DNA from: a virus
Taxonomy: Duplodnaviria > Caudoviricetes
Virus record (IMG/VR): IMGVR_UViG_3300048762_000095
Location: 1 to 42,451 of that record
Reading direction: 5' to 3' (one strand)
DNA length: 42,451 nucleotides
Shown: piece by piece, positions 28,376 through 37,404 of the stretch
How the letters are laid out: each line of letters opens with the position of its first letter
How positions within the stretch are numbered: position 1 is the first letter of the stretch
Notes under the pieces: generated by a model
What the model was told of the DNA's origin: nothing
The model's input: only the letters and a program-made list of their open reading frames with translations
Database searches by the model: none
Translations under genes and position numbers: made by a program

Positions 28376-29731
28376 CTATTTATTATAATTATCCAAGAAA
28401 TATTTTAAGTCTTCGGGTGTTCCAAGTCCAAACATAGTTTCTATTTCAAATGTCCTTACTTGTTTTTGGTCTTGTATTGCCTCGTTAAAAACAGGTGCGA
28501 CATAAAATTCATTATTAACTCGAATATTCTTTTGGATCATTTGTTCGGCATATTTAACGAAATCAGAACCACGCTTCCAATAATAATATCCTACAGTAGC
28601 ATTATCTGAAATTGGATTTTTTTCAGCTACTTCAGTAACTAATCCATTTTCATTAATATTAACAAAAGACCATTTTGGATGCGTAGATTTAAAAGTTACA
28701 ATGCCAGCATCAGCGTTTGTTTCCTGCATTTTATACATAAAATCACTACTATTCCATTCTACAAATTGGTCTGAATTAGCAAAAAATAAAGGATTATCAT
28801 TATTAATAAATTCATTAGCTAAAAGAGCAGAACAAGCAGCTCCCTCTGTTAAACCATCCACCTCTACTATTTTAGCATTTGGAGTAATTAAATTTAATAA
28901 AATATCTAAATGGTATGTTTGTCTGTGACTTTTTTGAACAATATAAATAAAATTAGCTTCAATACCCAAATTCTCAATAACTACTTGAATCATTGGTTTG
29001 CCACCAACATCAATGAGTGGTTTGGGAAATGTGTATCCAGCTTTTTCAAATCGGCTACCAGCACCAGACATGGGAATTAAAACATTAAGTTTCTTATCAA
29101 CCCATTTGATCGGAGTATTTTTTGTCGTATTCATTGCGTTTTGAATATTATTATATGTTACGTTTTGTGGGCCAGAAACCCTAAAAATATGGGCAGAACT
29201 TCTTTGTGCAGATAGAATACCAGTTGGTGAGTCTTCAATAATTAAAGTCTCTTCTGGAAGACAGTTAAATATTGACATTGCTTTCCAATAGATTTCTGGA
29301 TGTGGTTTACCATTACCAACATCTTCATTAGAAAGAATTAAATCAAAATACTCTATAATGTGAAGTTTTGATAAAATTGCGAATACTGTTTTTCTGATAC
29401 TATTAGAACAGCAGGCTAATTTGTATCCTTCATAAGAAAGTTTTTTTAAACAAGTAATAATTTCTTGATTAGGTTTTAAATTATTCAGCATTTGAATAGT
29501 AAAATACTGTTTTTGTTTCCAAATGGACTTATATAAATTAGTAGGTAAGCCCTTAGCTTTAGTTAATAGCTCTAATTTTTGAAATGTTTTTAAACCATCA
29601 TATTTACTTAAATGTTCCGACATTGTAATGACATATTCTTCATCTAATGCCATATTTAAAGCAGAATAATGTATCTGTTTTGTCTCGCATAATACTCCGT
29701 CTAAATCAAATAAAATAGATTTCATTCTCAT
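28376..29731 (-). CDS. HAD phosphatase / sugar-phosphate nucleotidyltransferase fusion
   Basis: N-half FDLDGVL, CSN, KPHP, IEDS; C-half IPMSGAGSRF..PKPLI, EK, GLGTPED. Confidence 0.88.
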   Translation of the reverse strand: MRMKSILFDLDGVLCETKQIHYSALNMALDEEYVITMSEHLSKYDGLKTFQKLELLTKAKGLPTNLYKSIWKQKQYFTIQMLNNLKPNQEIITCLKKLSYEGYKLACCSNSIRKTVFAILSKLHIIEYFDLILSNEDVGNGKPHPEIYWKAMSIFNCLPEETLIIEDSPTGILSAQRSSAHIFRVSGPQNVTYNNIQNAMNTTKNTPIKWVDKKLNVLIPMSGAGSRFEKAGYTFPKPLIDVGGKPMIQVVIENLGIEANFIYIVQKSHRQTYHLDILLNLITPNAKIVEVDGLTEGAACSALLANEFINNDNPLFFANSDQFVEWNSSDFMYKMQETNADAGIVTFKSTHPKWSFVNINENGLVTEVAEKNPISDNATVGYYYWKRGSDFVKYAEQMIQKNIRVNNEFYVAPVFNEAIQDQKQVRTFEIETMFGLGTPEDLKYFLDNYNK

Positions 29732-29745
29732 TTTTTATCTTATTC

Positions 29746-30483
29746 CTAAACTTCACAATGTCTATTAACATTATTTAAACAGAATGAAGATATTGAATTT
29801 GGGGAAATTTCCTGACAATATTTTTTCATTAAAAATGCTGTTTTATATCCCTTTTCACAATATCTAACGGCATAATCCGTTTCAGTCGTTGGGACTGCAT
29901 TTGGTTCTTGCGAAAATCGCGGCCTACCACTAAAAAACCCGACTTCTTGAAAAACAGTATTATCTATTAACGATTGTCTAAATGTAAAAGACGGCCATTC
30001 TTTTCCAAGGTTTTTATTGGTATGAATAAAATATTGCTCTTTAGAAGACAAATCAAGAATATCTTCATCTAATTTATCAATATTTTTACCAGAAGAAGGT
30101 GCATCCACACAAACCCTTTTAACAAATGGATGTTTTTGTATAATTTCAAGTCCATCTCTAATAAAACTCCCGTTTTGTATAAACGCAAAATCGTCTTCAA
30201 TATGAAATGTATATTTAGTTGGAGTAAGCATCCCTAATATATTTAGACTTATTGCTTGCCCCTTAAATTGGTTTTTACATATTATTAAATTAGGTAAGGG
30301 TATTTTAAGTAGTAATTGCTGCATCTTTACTCTATCTTCTATAGATGAATTATCATCTACTATAATGATGTTTTTAATTAAATCCAAATCTTGACAATTA
30401 TCAAAAAACGAATTAAATGTTTTCTCAAAAAAAGAATACCGTTTACAAGACAGCATTGTTAAGGTTATCGGCTCGTTTAACAT
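29746..30483 (-). CDS. Glycosyltransferase, GT-A fold (GT2-like)
   Basis: IIIVDDNS, FHIEDDF. Confidence 0.75.
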   Translation of the reverse strand: MLNEPITLTMLSCKRYSFFEKTFNSFFDNCQDLDLIKNIIIVDDNSSIEDRVKMQQLLLKIPLPNLIICKNQFKGQAISLNILGMLTPTKYTFHIEDDFAFIQNGSFIRDGLEIIQKHPFVKRVCVDAPSSGKNIDKLDEDILDLSSKEQYFIHTNKNLGKEWPSFTFRQSLIDNTVFQEVGFFSGRPRFSQEPNAVPTTETDYAVRYCEKGYKTAFLMKKYCQEISPNSISSFCLNNVNRHCEV

Positions 30484-31160
30484 AGATTATTATATTTTTT
30501 GGGAAATGTTGGGACTCCAAATAAGTCGGAATTACACTGTTCCCCTAAACTAACGGAATATTTCAAAGAATAAATATCTAATTTATTTGGCTCCATAAAT
30601 ATATTACAAAAAGACATTTTTTTCACCATCTCATCATAATTAACGTCAAGTAGTCGCATTAAATGCGAGCATAATTGTTTTTCTGGAGAATTATAATCTG
30701 TATTGGTCTGTCTATAAGACCATAATTTTAATCCATTTTCATGGGAACTGAATGTTATAAAGTCGTGCATTTCTTGAATAGACGGCTTATAATTTAAAAA
30801 AGAGGCAAAAGATTGTGTTTCAATTATATCTCGAAATGTTTTTTTTATTAATTCTTTTTGATTAGTCCAAATCAAATCACTTCTAATTTTAATTATCCAA
30901 GGTTTTTGCAGCGTTCTAATACCTTCTTCTGAACTTTTACATTGTAAATTTATATTTCTTAAACCAGTAAAATTAGGCTTATTGCTTACAATTAATTTGA
31001 CCTTCTTCTTTATTTCCTCTAAATTTTCAATGGGTTCATCAGACCAAGTTGACCAAACGTATTGAAATTGATAATCAATATTTTCTAGTATCTGTTTATA
31101 GAAGAAGGTTGGCCCTTGTATCACAATGCCAACGTCATTTAATGAAAAACTATTATTCAT
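30477..31160 (-). CDS. WavE-like polysaccharide synthesis protein
   Basis: GIVIQGP, WSTW, N.NLQ..S..GI, KIRSD, D.....PE motifs. Confidence 0.65.
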   Translation of the reverse strand: MNNSFSLNDVGIVIQGPTFFYKQILENIDYQFQYVWSTWSDEPIENLEEIKKKVKLIVSNKPNFTGLRNINLQCKSSEEGIRTLQKPWIIKIRSDLIWTNQKELIKKTFRDIIETQSFASFLNYKPSIQEMHDFITFSSHENGLKLWSYRQTNTDYNSPEKQLCSHLMRLLDVNYDEMVKKMSFCNIFMEPNKLDIYSLKYSVSLGEQCNSDLFGVPTFPKKYNNLC

Positions 31161-31911
31161 ATTTTTTATTAGTAAAAATCATACAGTTATTGTCGAATGG
31201 TTCTTTTTCCGTTTTTTTATCTCCTTGTATCCCAATTAATTGACTACAAGATTCAGGGTCGCAAGTAGTAATAAAAGTATATTTTGATTGACTGATAATC
31301 TTATTTAAATATTCATTTTTAGTTTTGTTATCCATCTCATTCCAAGAATAATTACTAATAACCAAACTGTTCTTGGTAAGAATATTTTCTTGATTTAGAT
31401 TAATAATAGGTGAAATCCCAAAATTTTTTAAATATTTTTCTTGTAATAATAAAACATTTGGAAGATCAATAAGTCTAACTGAATTAAATTTAAATAGTTT
31501 AGATAAAATACTTACCAAACCACCATAACCAGCACCGATTTCAATTAAATCTACGCCGTTTAAATTTCCAAATCTTTCTTGAATATCTCCAGCAATCTTT
31601 ATATATCTTAATGTCGTTGGATTAATATTTCCAATCTCTTGATAATAAAACATTAAAGGAGAACCGATAGAGTCATTCTTTTTAAATTCATCTATTAATA
31701 AAAAGAGATGAGGATATTTCTTTTTAATTATGTTATAGTATATTATGCCATCGTAGTAAGATAAATGTTCAAGAATGGGGGTATATCCATCAATTCCAGA
31801 CCTAAATCTACTAAAAATATCGTTATCAGATAAGATTTTATTTACAGCATTAACGTAGTTTTCCGCCATATCTCTTTGAATATTCCATCCTTGGTATTCT
31901 TGATTTTTCAT
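31153..31911 (-). CDS. Putative sugar O-methyltransferase
   Basis: ND.IGSP, PTTLRY, IEIGAGYGG, IDLP, VISNYSWNE. Confidence 0.8.
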   Translation of the reverse strand: MKNQEYQGWNIQRDMAENYVNAVNKILSDNDIFSRFRSGIDGYTPILEHLSYYDGIIYYNIIKKKYPHLFLLIDEFKKNDSIGSPLMFYYQEIGNINPTTLRYIKIAGDIQERFGNLNGVDLIEIGAGYGGLVSILSKLFKFNSVRLIDLPNVLLLQEKYLKNFGISPIINLNQENILTKNSLVISNYSWNEMDNKTKNEYLNKIISQSKYTFITTCDPESCSQLIGIQGDKKTEKEPFDNNCMIFTNKKYE

Positions 31912-31989
31912 ATTTGTTTTTCTGCTAAAATATTCTCTGGACTAATTTGTATCAGTCTATAGTATTCCAATTATAATCAGTCATTATTA

Positions 31990-32745
31990 TCATAATTTAT
32001 CCATATTAACAATTGGAAGATTTTCTCTTATATTATCGTAATATTGCTTATTGAATTCTAAAGTTCGTTTTTCTTCATTCCATTTATAAGAACAACAACC
32101 ATAATGTTCTAATTGATATTGGACCTTTCTCTTTCCTTTATCATTCGTCCAACTCATATGTTTAACAAAAGCTATATTATTTGGGATTTTAAACTCTGAT
32201 AATTGTGTATATACTCTTCCGTCGTTATATTTTATATCATTATCGTTGTAAAAACAATGTAAGCCACCAGCGGAACTTGTTTTAAAAATTCTTGGAAAAT
32301 ATGTTTCGTTTATCCAGTGTTTGTCGTCAAAAATATAGTTTTTAAAGTTTATTTTAAAAAAATCAATAAAATTATTAAACTCTACAAAAGAGATAATTCT
32401 ATCAATTTCTTCTTGTGTGTATAATTCGTCTGCATCTACAATCCATACATAATCACACTTTAAGGCTAGTAAGTGGCTTAGACATAAATTCCTTGCTTGA
32501 TATTCATAAATATATTTAGGATCAAAATACGCAATATTTATTAAACCTTTACTTTTATACTCTTTTATAATATCAACCGTTCCATCTTCAAAATCTTTAA
32601 AGGAAGTTTTTTCGTATTCGGCAAATGGAATACTTGATACTGTGATAAAAATATCGTGTCTTTTTTGAGCTTCAATAAAAGCGTCTAAACTAGGTTTGAC
32701 GTAGTTCTTTTCGTTATAAGCACAAAAAATAATGCCGAATTTCAT
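31990..32745 (-). CDS. Glycosyltransferase, GT-A fold (GT2-like)
   Basis: IIFCAYNE, DGT, ARN, WIVDADE, H.SW. Confidence 0.78.
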   Translation of the reverse strand: MKFGIIFCAYNEKNYVKPSLDAFIEAQKRHDIFITVSSIPFAEYEKTSFKDFEDGTVDIIKEYKSKGLINIAYFDPKYIYEYQARNLCLSHLLALKCDYVWIVDADELYTQEEIDRIISFVEFNNFIDFFKINFKNYIFDDKHWINETYFPRIFKTSSAGGLHCFYNDNDIKYNDGRVYTQLSEFKIPNNIAFVKHMSWTNDKGKRKVQYQLEHYGCCSYKWNEEKRTLEFNKQYYDNIRENLPIVNMDKL

Positions 32746-32746
32746 T

Positions 32747-32950
32747 TTAATTTGAATATGAGAATCTAATGTTTTTTGCCTCGAAAGGAATTAGCTTGGC
32801 TCCTTTTTCGCTCCAAACCTGAACCAAAACACCATCTGGAAGTGGATTCCCCTCTTTCCAAGTAGGTGTAATGTTATTGGCTTTTAAATCATCCAAAAAG
32901 ATCTTCAAAAGTTCTTCTCCTGTCATTTCTGCTTGTACTTGTATTTTCAT
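32747..32950 (-). CDS. Hypothetical protein
   Basis: 67-aa ORF directly downstream of a sigma70-like promoter. Confidence 0.65.
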   Translation of the reverse strand: MKIQVQAEMTGEELLKIFLDDLKANNITPTWKEGNPLPDGVLVQVWSEKGAKLIPFEAKNIRFSYSN

Positions 32951-32957
32951 AATAGAT

Positions 32958-32986
32958 ATTATCTATGATTTTTATTTATTTGTCAA
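32958..32986 (-). promoter_or_regulatory. sigma70-type promoter TTGACA-17-GATAAT, 7 nt upstream of ATG 32950
   Basis: -35 at 32981-32986, -10 at 32958-32963. Confidence 0.7.
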
Positions 32987-32991
32987 GTATT

Positions 32992-33150
32992 TTAATATTT
33001 AGCAACTGCCAATAACATTTGGAAGAAATCTTTGAGGCTTATTTGTGCGGATTTATCTCCAAGGAGAGAAATTTCTGCGTCATTTTCTCCTAATGTCTTA
33101 GTAATCATTATAACTGTACGATTCTTCTTTAGTTTTTTGGTTTTTTTCAT
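32992..33150 (-). CDS. Small basic hypothetical protein (52 aa)
   Basis: Start re-assigned to ATG 33150 (TAA-T-ATG coupling after the stop at 33152). Confidence 0.5.
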   Translation of the reverse strand: MKKTKKLKKNRTVIMITKTLGENDAEISLLGDKSAQISLKDFFQMLLAVAKY

Positions 33151-33151
33151 A

Positions 33152-33502
33152 TTAAATTTCAAAAGTTCCAGTTTTTTTGAGACTTGGGTGATCTTTTTTG
33201 GTGGCATCTTTATATTTTTTTAATGCTTTTTGTTTAATTGGGTCGTTTTCTCCACCACGCTTTTCGTTTAATTCTGCACTTTTTGACCACAAATCTCCAA
33301 TTGTATAATTTTTGTTTTTAGTTATATTTATAAATGATGACGCTGAATCTGGATTAATTTGGGTATCAATAGATGAATTAGGTTTGGTAAAGACACGAGC
33401 CCATTGAATATTGTTTTCAGAATATGAATGCTCTTCATTCATAGACTGAACTATTTCTTTAGTTTCTCCAGTTTTAGGGTTTTGATAAATATACAGAGCC
33501 AT
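33152..33502 (-). CDS. FmdB-like regulatory protein lacking the zinc-ribbon cysteines
   Basis: MALYIYQNPKTGETKEIVQSM...W.RVF..P N-terminal pattern. Confidence 0.55.
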   Translation of the reverse strand: MALYIYQNPKTGETKEIVQSMNEEHSYSENNIQWARVFTKPNSSIDTQINPDSASSFINITKNKNYTIGDLWSKSAELNEKRGGENDPIKQKALKKYKDATKKDHPSLKKTGTFEI

Positions 33503-33505
33503 ACA

Positions 33506-33757
33506 TTAAAATTTTCCATTTAGACACTCGATAAGTGTAGGCGGAGAGTGCTTGTCTACTACAATGTCTATATCTAATCCATTTTGTTTTAAAGTTTTAA
33601 TTGCAATTTTAGGAAAATAATAAAAATATGTAAAATCATGCAACCACTCAGGTGATTGATCCTCGTTTTTTGACCACTCTTTTAACCATGAATTATATTC
33701 TTTAACCCTATTCTGTCGTGTATTCAACCATAAAATTAACTTATAAAATCTTTTCAT
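33506..33757 (-). CDS. Hypothetical protein
   Basis: 83-aa ORF with ATGA overlap. Confidence 0.6.
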   Translation of the reverse strand: MKRFYKLILWLNTRQNRVKEYNSWLKEWSKNEDQSPEWLHDFTYFYYFPKIAIKTLKQNGLDIDIVVDKHSPPTLIECLNGKF

Positions 33758-34440
33758 ATACTATAATACTTTTCTATATCTGTTTTACTAAAAATAAAGA
33801 ATATTTTATTTTCTTCTTCTTGGCTGGTAGTAATATTATTTTTAATAAATCCCAAAGCGGCCATTTCAGATTTAAAGGCTGGAACGTTCTCTGGTTCCAA
33901 GAAATTTTCACCGCAAATACTTTGGACACGACTTAAAGCGTCTGGCGAAGACTTTAGAATATCACGTTCCTGACCCCCTATATTGATTTTTAATACATCT
34001 ATTTGAGGGTCTGGAACAAAGTTGCTCATGTAGTAGTCAAGTGTCACCATGGGCGTTGTAGAGCATTGATCGGCCTCTTTATTGCATTCTTGAGGATACC
34101 CAAACGCCAAATGAGACTTTTGGGGCTTTGGATAGGCGAAACTCATACTGCCATTTTCGCGGCCAATAGCTAAATTATTAGGAATAACTGCATAATTATC
34201 ACCGACATTCTTTAATAGCATTTTAAAGTTTTCAATAAAAGGCTCGACCGAATAGACTTTTTTAGCCCCTAATGCGAGAGCAGTGAAGGTAAAATACCCA
34301 CAATGGGCTCCTAAATCCACCACTGTAGTAGCATCTTTTTGGTCTTTTATTCCCCTAAGATGATAAGAGTTAGAATAAAACACTTTATCAAGATAAAATT
34401 GGTCATCGGAAAAATTTCTGAGCATTGTAATAGGTAACAT
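33754..34440 (-). CDS. FkbM family methyltransferase
   Basis: VVDLGAHCG, VYSVEP, TLD, LKINIGGQE (variant of KIDxEGxE). Confidence 0.82.
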   Translation of the reverse strand: MLPITMLRNFSDDQFYLDKVFYSNSYHLRGIKDQKDATTVVDLGAHCGYFTFTALALGAKKVYSVEPFIENFKMLLKNVGDNYAVIPNNLAIGRENGSMSFAYPKPQKSHLAFGYPQECNKEADQCSTTPMVTLDYYMSNFVPDPQIDVLKINIGGQERDILKSSPDALSRVQSICGENFLEPENVPAFKSEMAALGFIKNNITTSQEEENKIFFIFSKTDIEKYYSI

Positions 34441-34441
34441 A

Positions 34442-35545
34442 TTAGTTTAGGGATAATTCTACAATACTATTTAGAAACTTTTCTTTGGTAAATTCTTGTT
34501 GTAATTTAAGTCCAGAATGGTTAATTCTATCCTTTTCAACACGTTTAATTGCTGTTTCGATTCCGTTAATGAATTCATCCTCATTCCATAGAAACCAATT
34601 CCCCTGATTAAACATCTGACCCTTTTGAAAGAAAACATTATCAATGGCCGATTCCTTACCAGAAGGGTTAATTAAAACTGAGTTTTCATCATTCGCCCAA
34701 CCCTTATAGCCATTAACATTTAAAATAACGGCATGTTTCCCCATTGCTACAGACTGAAACGCTGGCAAATCCCACCCCTCTCCTTTACCCATACCCAAAA
34801 CTATATCGCAACTATTAAGAAAATCATTATAGATACTATTTTCTTTCATCATTGGATAAAATCCTACATTAAATGGCTTTTCTCCTCCTAAAATTGCCCC
34901 AATAATTTGTTGATTTTGCTCTGGCGTCAGAAAAGGATTATAAATAGCGCACTGTAAGAAATATTTAGGATTATTCCCATACTTCTTAATCCAAGACTTA
35001 ATTATTTGAGGATGAGATTTCCTCAACTCACATTTCCCAAAAACGCCCGTGACTATTCTTCCATCAGTATGAAACTTCTTATCTAGCTTTTGAAAGTTAT
35101 AAGAATCAAATGCCAAAGGAACATAATGAGTATTCACACCAAACATTTTAAATACATCACAAGTATATTGGCTAGAAAAACAGAGTTTATGTTGATTTTT
35201 GGCAATATTAAGTTCAACCTTTGTTGGACTATCAAGCTCATAGAAGGAAAGTAGTGTTTGCTTGTCAGAAACCGACTCTAGCGACTGGTTGAGGTGCCAG
35301 CACTTAAATGTCGGAATGTCTCTTGAATGAGTTTCAAGCCCCTTAATAATTTTAGATTGAAGCCAAGACTGGAATGGTTGGTCAACTTTTTGCGCCGACA
35401 AATCAACGTTGGCCATGGGGGTTACTGTAATATCTAATTTTGGCGTGCCAGCTTGTTCTTGTTCGTAAATTGTTCTCAATAGCAGTGTTGAGACTTGGCC
35501 TATGGAGAGAGAGTTAATCGCTAAATGTAAATTAAGTTTTTGCAT
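34442..35545 (-). CDS. Glycosyltransferase, GT-B fold (GT4-like)
   Basis: GK.E.RK, GEGWDLPAFQSVAMGK. Confidence 0.82.
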   Translation of the reverse strand: MQKLNLHLAINSLSIGQVSTLLLRTIYEQEQAGTPKLDITVTPMANVDLSAQKVDQPFQSWLQSKIIKGLETHSRDIPTFKCWHLNQSLESVSDKQTLLSFYELDSPTKVELNIAKNQHKLCFSSQYTCDVFKMFGVNTHYVPLAFDSYNFQKLDKKFHTDGRIVTGVFGKCELRKSHPQIIKSWIKKYGNNPKYFLQCAIYNPFLTPEQNQQIIGAILGGEKPFNVGFYPMMKENSIYNDFLNSCDIVLGMGKGEGWDLPAFQSVAMGKHAVILNVNGYKGWANDENSVLINPSGKESAIDNVFFQKGQMFNQGNWFLWNEDEFINGIETAIKRVEKDRINHSGLKLQQEFTKEKFLNSIVELSLN

Positions 35546-35555
35546 TTTGAAATTG

Positions 35556-35588
35556 TTACCACAGGGGAATTTTCTTCCATTGTGGTAA
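35556..35588. terminator. Intergenic stem-loop (possible terminator or processing site)
   Basis: ttaccaca...tgtggtaa arms with inner pairing; weak U-tract. Confidence 0.45.
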
Positions 35589-35595
35589 TTTGTGA

Positions 35596-35925
35596 TTAGA
35601 AAAGTTCGGAACCATCATCCGAGGCTTGTGCAACGGGTGCAGTAGGATTTGCGACAGGAGCTACGGTTGGCTTGGCGGGTTTATTTCCATTCTTTTGTTC
35701 GCTAATATAGAAGTTAAAATCTGGTTGATTGTCGGCCTTTTTTTGGGAGTTCGAGTAACCCACAACTGCGATTTGTTGTCCAGCCTTCACGTCACTCTTA
35801 AAAACCAAAGTTCCACTCAGGTATTTCTTTCCAGAAGTCGCCGCTACGCGAGTCCACAACGCACCAATCTCGCGTTCTTTCCAATCATTTTGCTTGGATG
35901 TATTTGTATTATTTGTATTTGTCAT
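35596..35925 (-). CDS. DUF736-like putative ssDNA-binding protein
   Basis: EIGALW...GKKYLSG...N..K...QPDF, followed by a flexible Pro/Ala linker and acidic-aromatic tail DDGSELF. Confidence 0.65.
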   Translation of the reverse strand: MTNTNNTNTSKQNDWKEREIGALWTRVAATSGKKYLSGTLVFKSDVKAGQQIAVVGYSNSQKKADNQPDFNFYISEQKNGNKPAKPTVAPVANPTAPVAQASDDGSELF

Positions 35926-35934
35926 AGTTTAAAT

Positions 35935-35963
35935 ATTATATAGTTAGTTTTGTCGTTTGTCAA
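35935..35963 (-). promoter_or_regulatory. Consensus sigma70 promoter TTGACA-17-TATAAT
   Basis: -35 at 35958-35963, -10 at 35935-35940, 9 nt before ATG 35925. Confidence 0.85.
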
Positions 35964-35967
35964 GTAT

Positions 35968-36360
35968 TTATTCTAATCTTTTTTGAATAATTTTAAAATA
36001 TTCCTCATTATTTTCAAAACCTATAAAGTTTCGTTTGAGATTTTTAGCCGCCAATAACGTAGTTCCGCTTCCAGCACAATTATCTAAAACTATATTAGTT
36101 TCATTACTTCCTAATTGAATAATCCTTTCGATAAGTTTTAATGGTTTTTGTGTTGGATGATTTAATTTTTCTTTAGAATTATGAGATAGAGCTGGTATGT
36201 CATTCCAGACATCGCTTAAAGTTATACCATCTTTTAATATACCTGTTAAATATTCTTTTCTTTTATTTTCTGTTTGAATCTTTATATCAATAGATTCGTC
36301 GTCTATCTTACGCATACCAACTAAACAATCCTCAAAGTAAATTTTATTTAGTTCGAGCAT
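35968..36360 (-). pseudogene. Internally deleted N4/N6 DNA methyltransferase (beta class)
   Basis: N-terminal DC..GM..I.DESID and C-terminal DVW, HPTQKP, VLD..AGSGTT, FIGFE are present; the DPPY catalytic motif and the central part are missing. Confidence 0.75.
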
Positions 36361-36361
36361 A

Positions 36362-36976
36362 TTAGATTACGTCACTCACTTCTTTACTATTTAATTTGGA
36401 TTTCAGTAACTTAATTCCCTTGGAGTGCAGGTTAACTGCTGTCTGGACAGACATAGACAGTTTTTTAGCTACGGTCGCCCATATCATTTTTTTCCCTTCA
36501 GCATATCTATATTCAAAAATCTTTTTTACTCTAGGATCTTTTATTTTATTTAAAATATTGAACGCATACTTATACTGTTCAAGATAATTGTTTTTATGAC
36601 TAAACTCATTCTTAATTTGGTTTTCCTCAAGAAATTTTGTAACATCTTCGCTATCGGAGTTTATAATAAATTTTCGAGAATTCATTGCATTTAAACATGC
36701 ATATCTAGTGCAGTTTCCAATCCAACTAGAGAATTTTGCCCCTTTTTGTGGGTTAAAAGATAAGATACAATTATAGATAAGGCAGTTTTTCTCATCTAAA
36801 AAATCTTTCACACTAAGACCATTTGCTTCTAACGAGAAGGAATACTTATGAACAATTTTATAGAACAAATTTTCGCATCGAAAACAAATTTCATTAAAAG
36901 CCTCAGAATTGGCCTCTTTTTTGACCATATTAATTAACTCTAAATCAGTAAGTAAATTAAGTGGTTTATTTAACAT
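36362..36976 (-). CDS. Phage sigma70-family sigma factor
   Basis: Region 2 FNPQKGAKFSSW; region 4 HTH WATVAKKLSMSVQTAVNLH. Confidence 0.85.
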   Translation of the reverse strand: MLNKPLNLLTDLELINMVKKEANSEAFNEICFRCENLFYKIVHKYSFSLEANGLSVKDFLDEKNCLIYNCILSFNPQKGAKFSSWIGNCTRYACLNAMNSRKFIINSDSEDVTKFLEENQIKNEFSHKNNYLEQYKYAFNILNKIKDPRVKKIFEYRYAEGKKMIWATVAKKLSMSVQTAVNLHSKGIKLLKSKLNSKEVSDVI

Positions 36977-37349
36977 TGATGGTTTTCTCCTCTAGGTTTA
37001 TTCTTGGAAAGTCGTTTAGTTTTTCTGGAAGTTGTTTTAATTCAACCATTCTCCGAGTTTCCAGTAAACACATTAAATTCCAAATGGAAGCAATTAAATG
37101 ATTTTCATCATCAAATCCCATCGCAAATTTAGATAAATGTCTTTGTGCGCTGTCAAAATATCGAGAAAGGGGTTGACCCTTTCTCCAGTTTTCGGCAGAA
37201 TATTTGGCCGCACCTTTTTGAAAGTGTATAGCCAACTCACTAATAGAATAGTATGGAAGCAATGAAAAATCACCCTTGCCATCATTAGTATCCCTAACCG
37301 AACCAGTGCCAAATTCTTGACGTTTTCCAGAATCTAATATTACGCTCAT
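36966..37349 (-). CDS. dATP/dGTP diphosphohydrolase (DUF5664 family)
   Basis: TG.VRD...K..F.LLP, GAAKY..NWRKG, RHL, DE.HL...WN. Confidence 0.82.
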   Translation of the reverse strand: MSVILDSGKRQEFGTGSVRDTNDGKGDFSLLPYYSISELAIHFQKGAAKYSAENWRKGQPLSRYFDSAQRHLSKFAMGFDDENHLIASIWNLMCLLETRRMVELKQLPEKLNDFPRINLEEKTINVK

Positions 37350-37404
37350 ATACTATATATAACCTAGGTTTACTGTAAATATTCAAAGAATATATGTATT
37401 GTTT

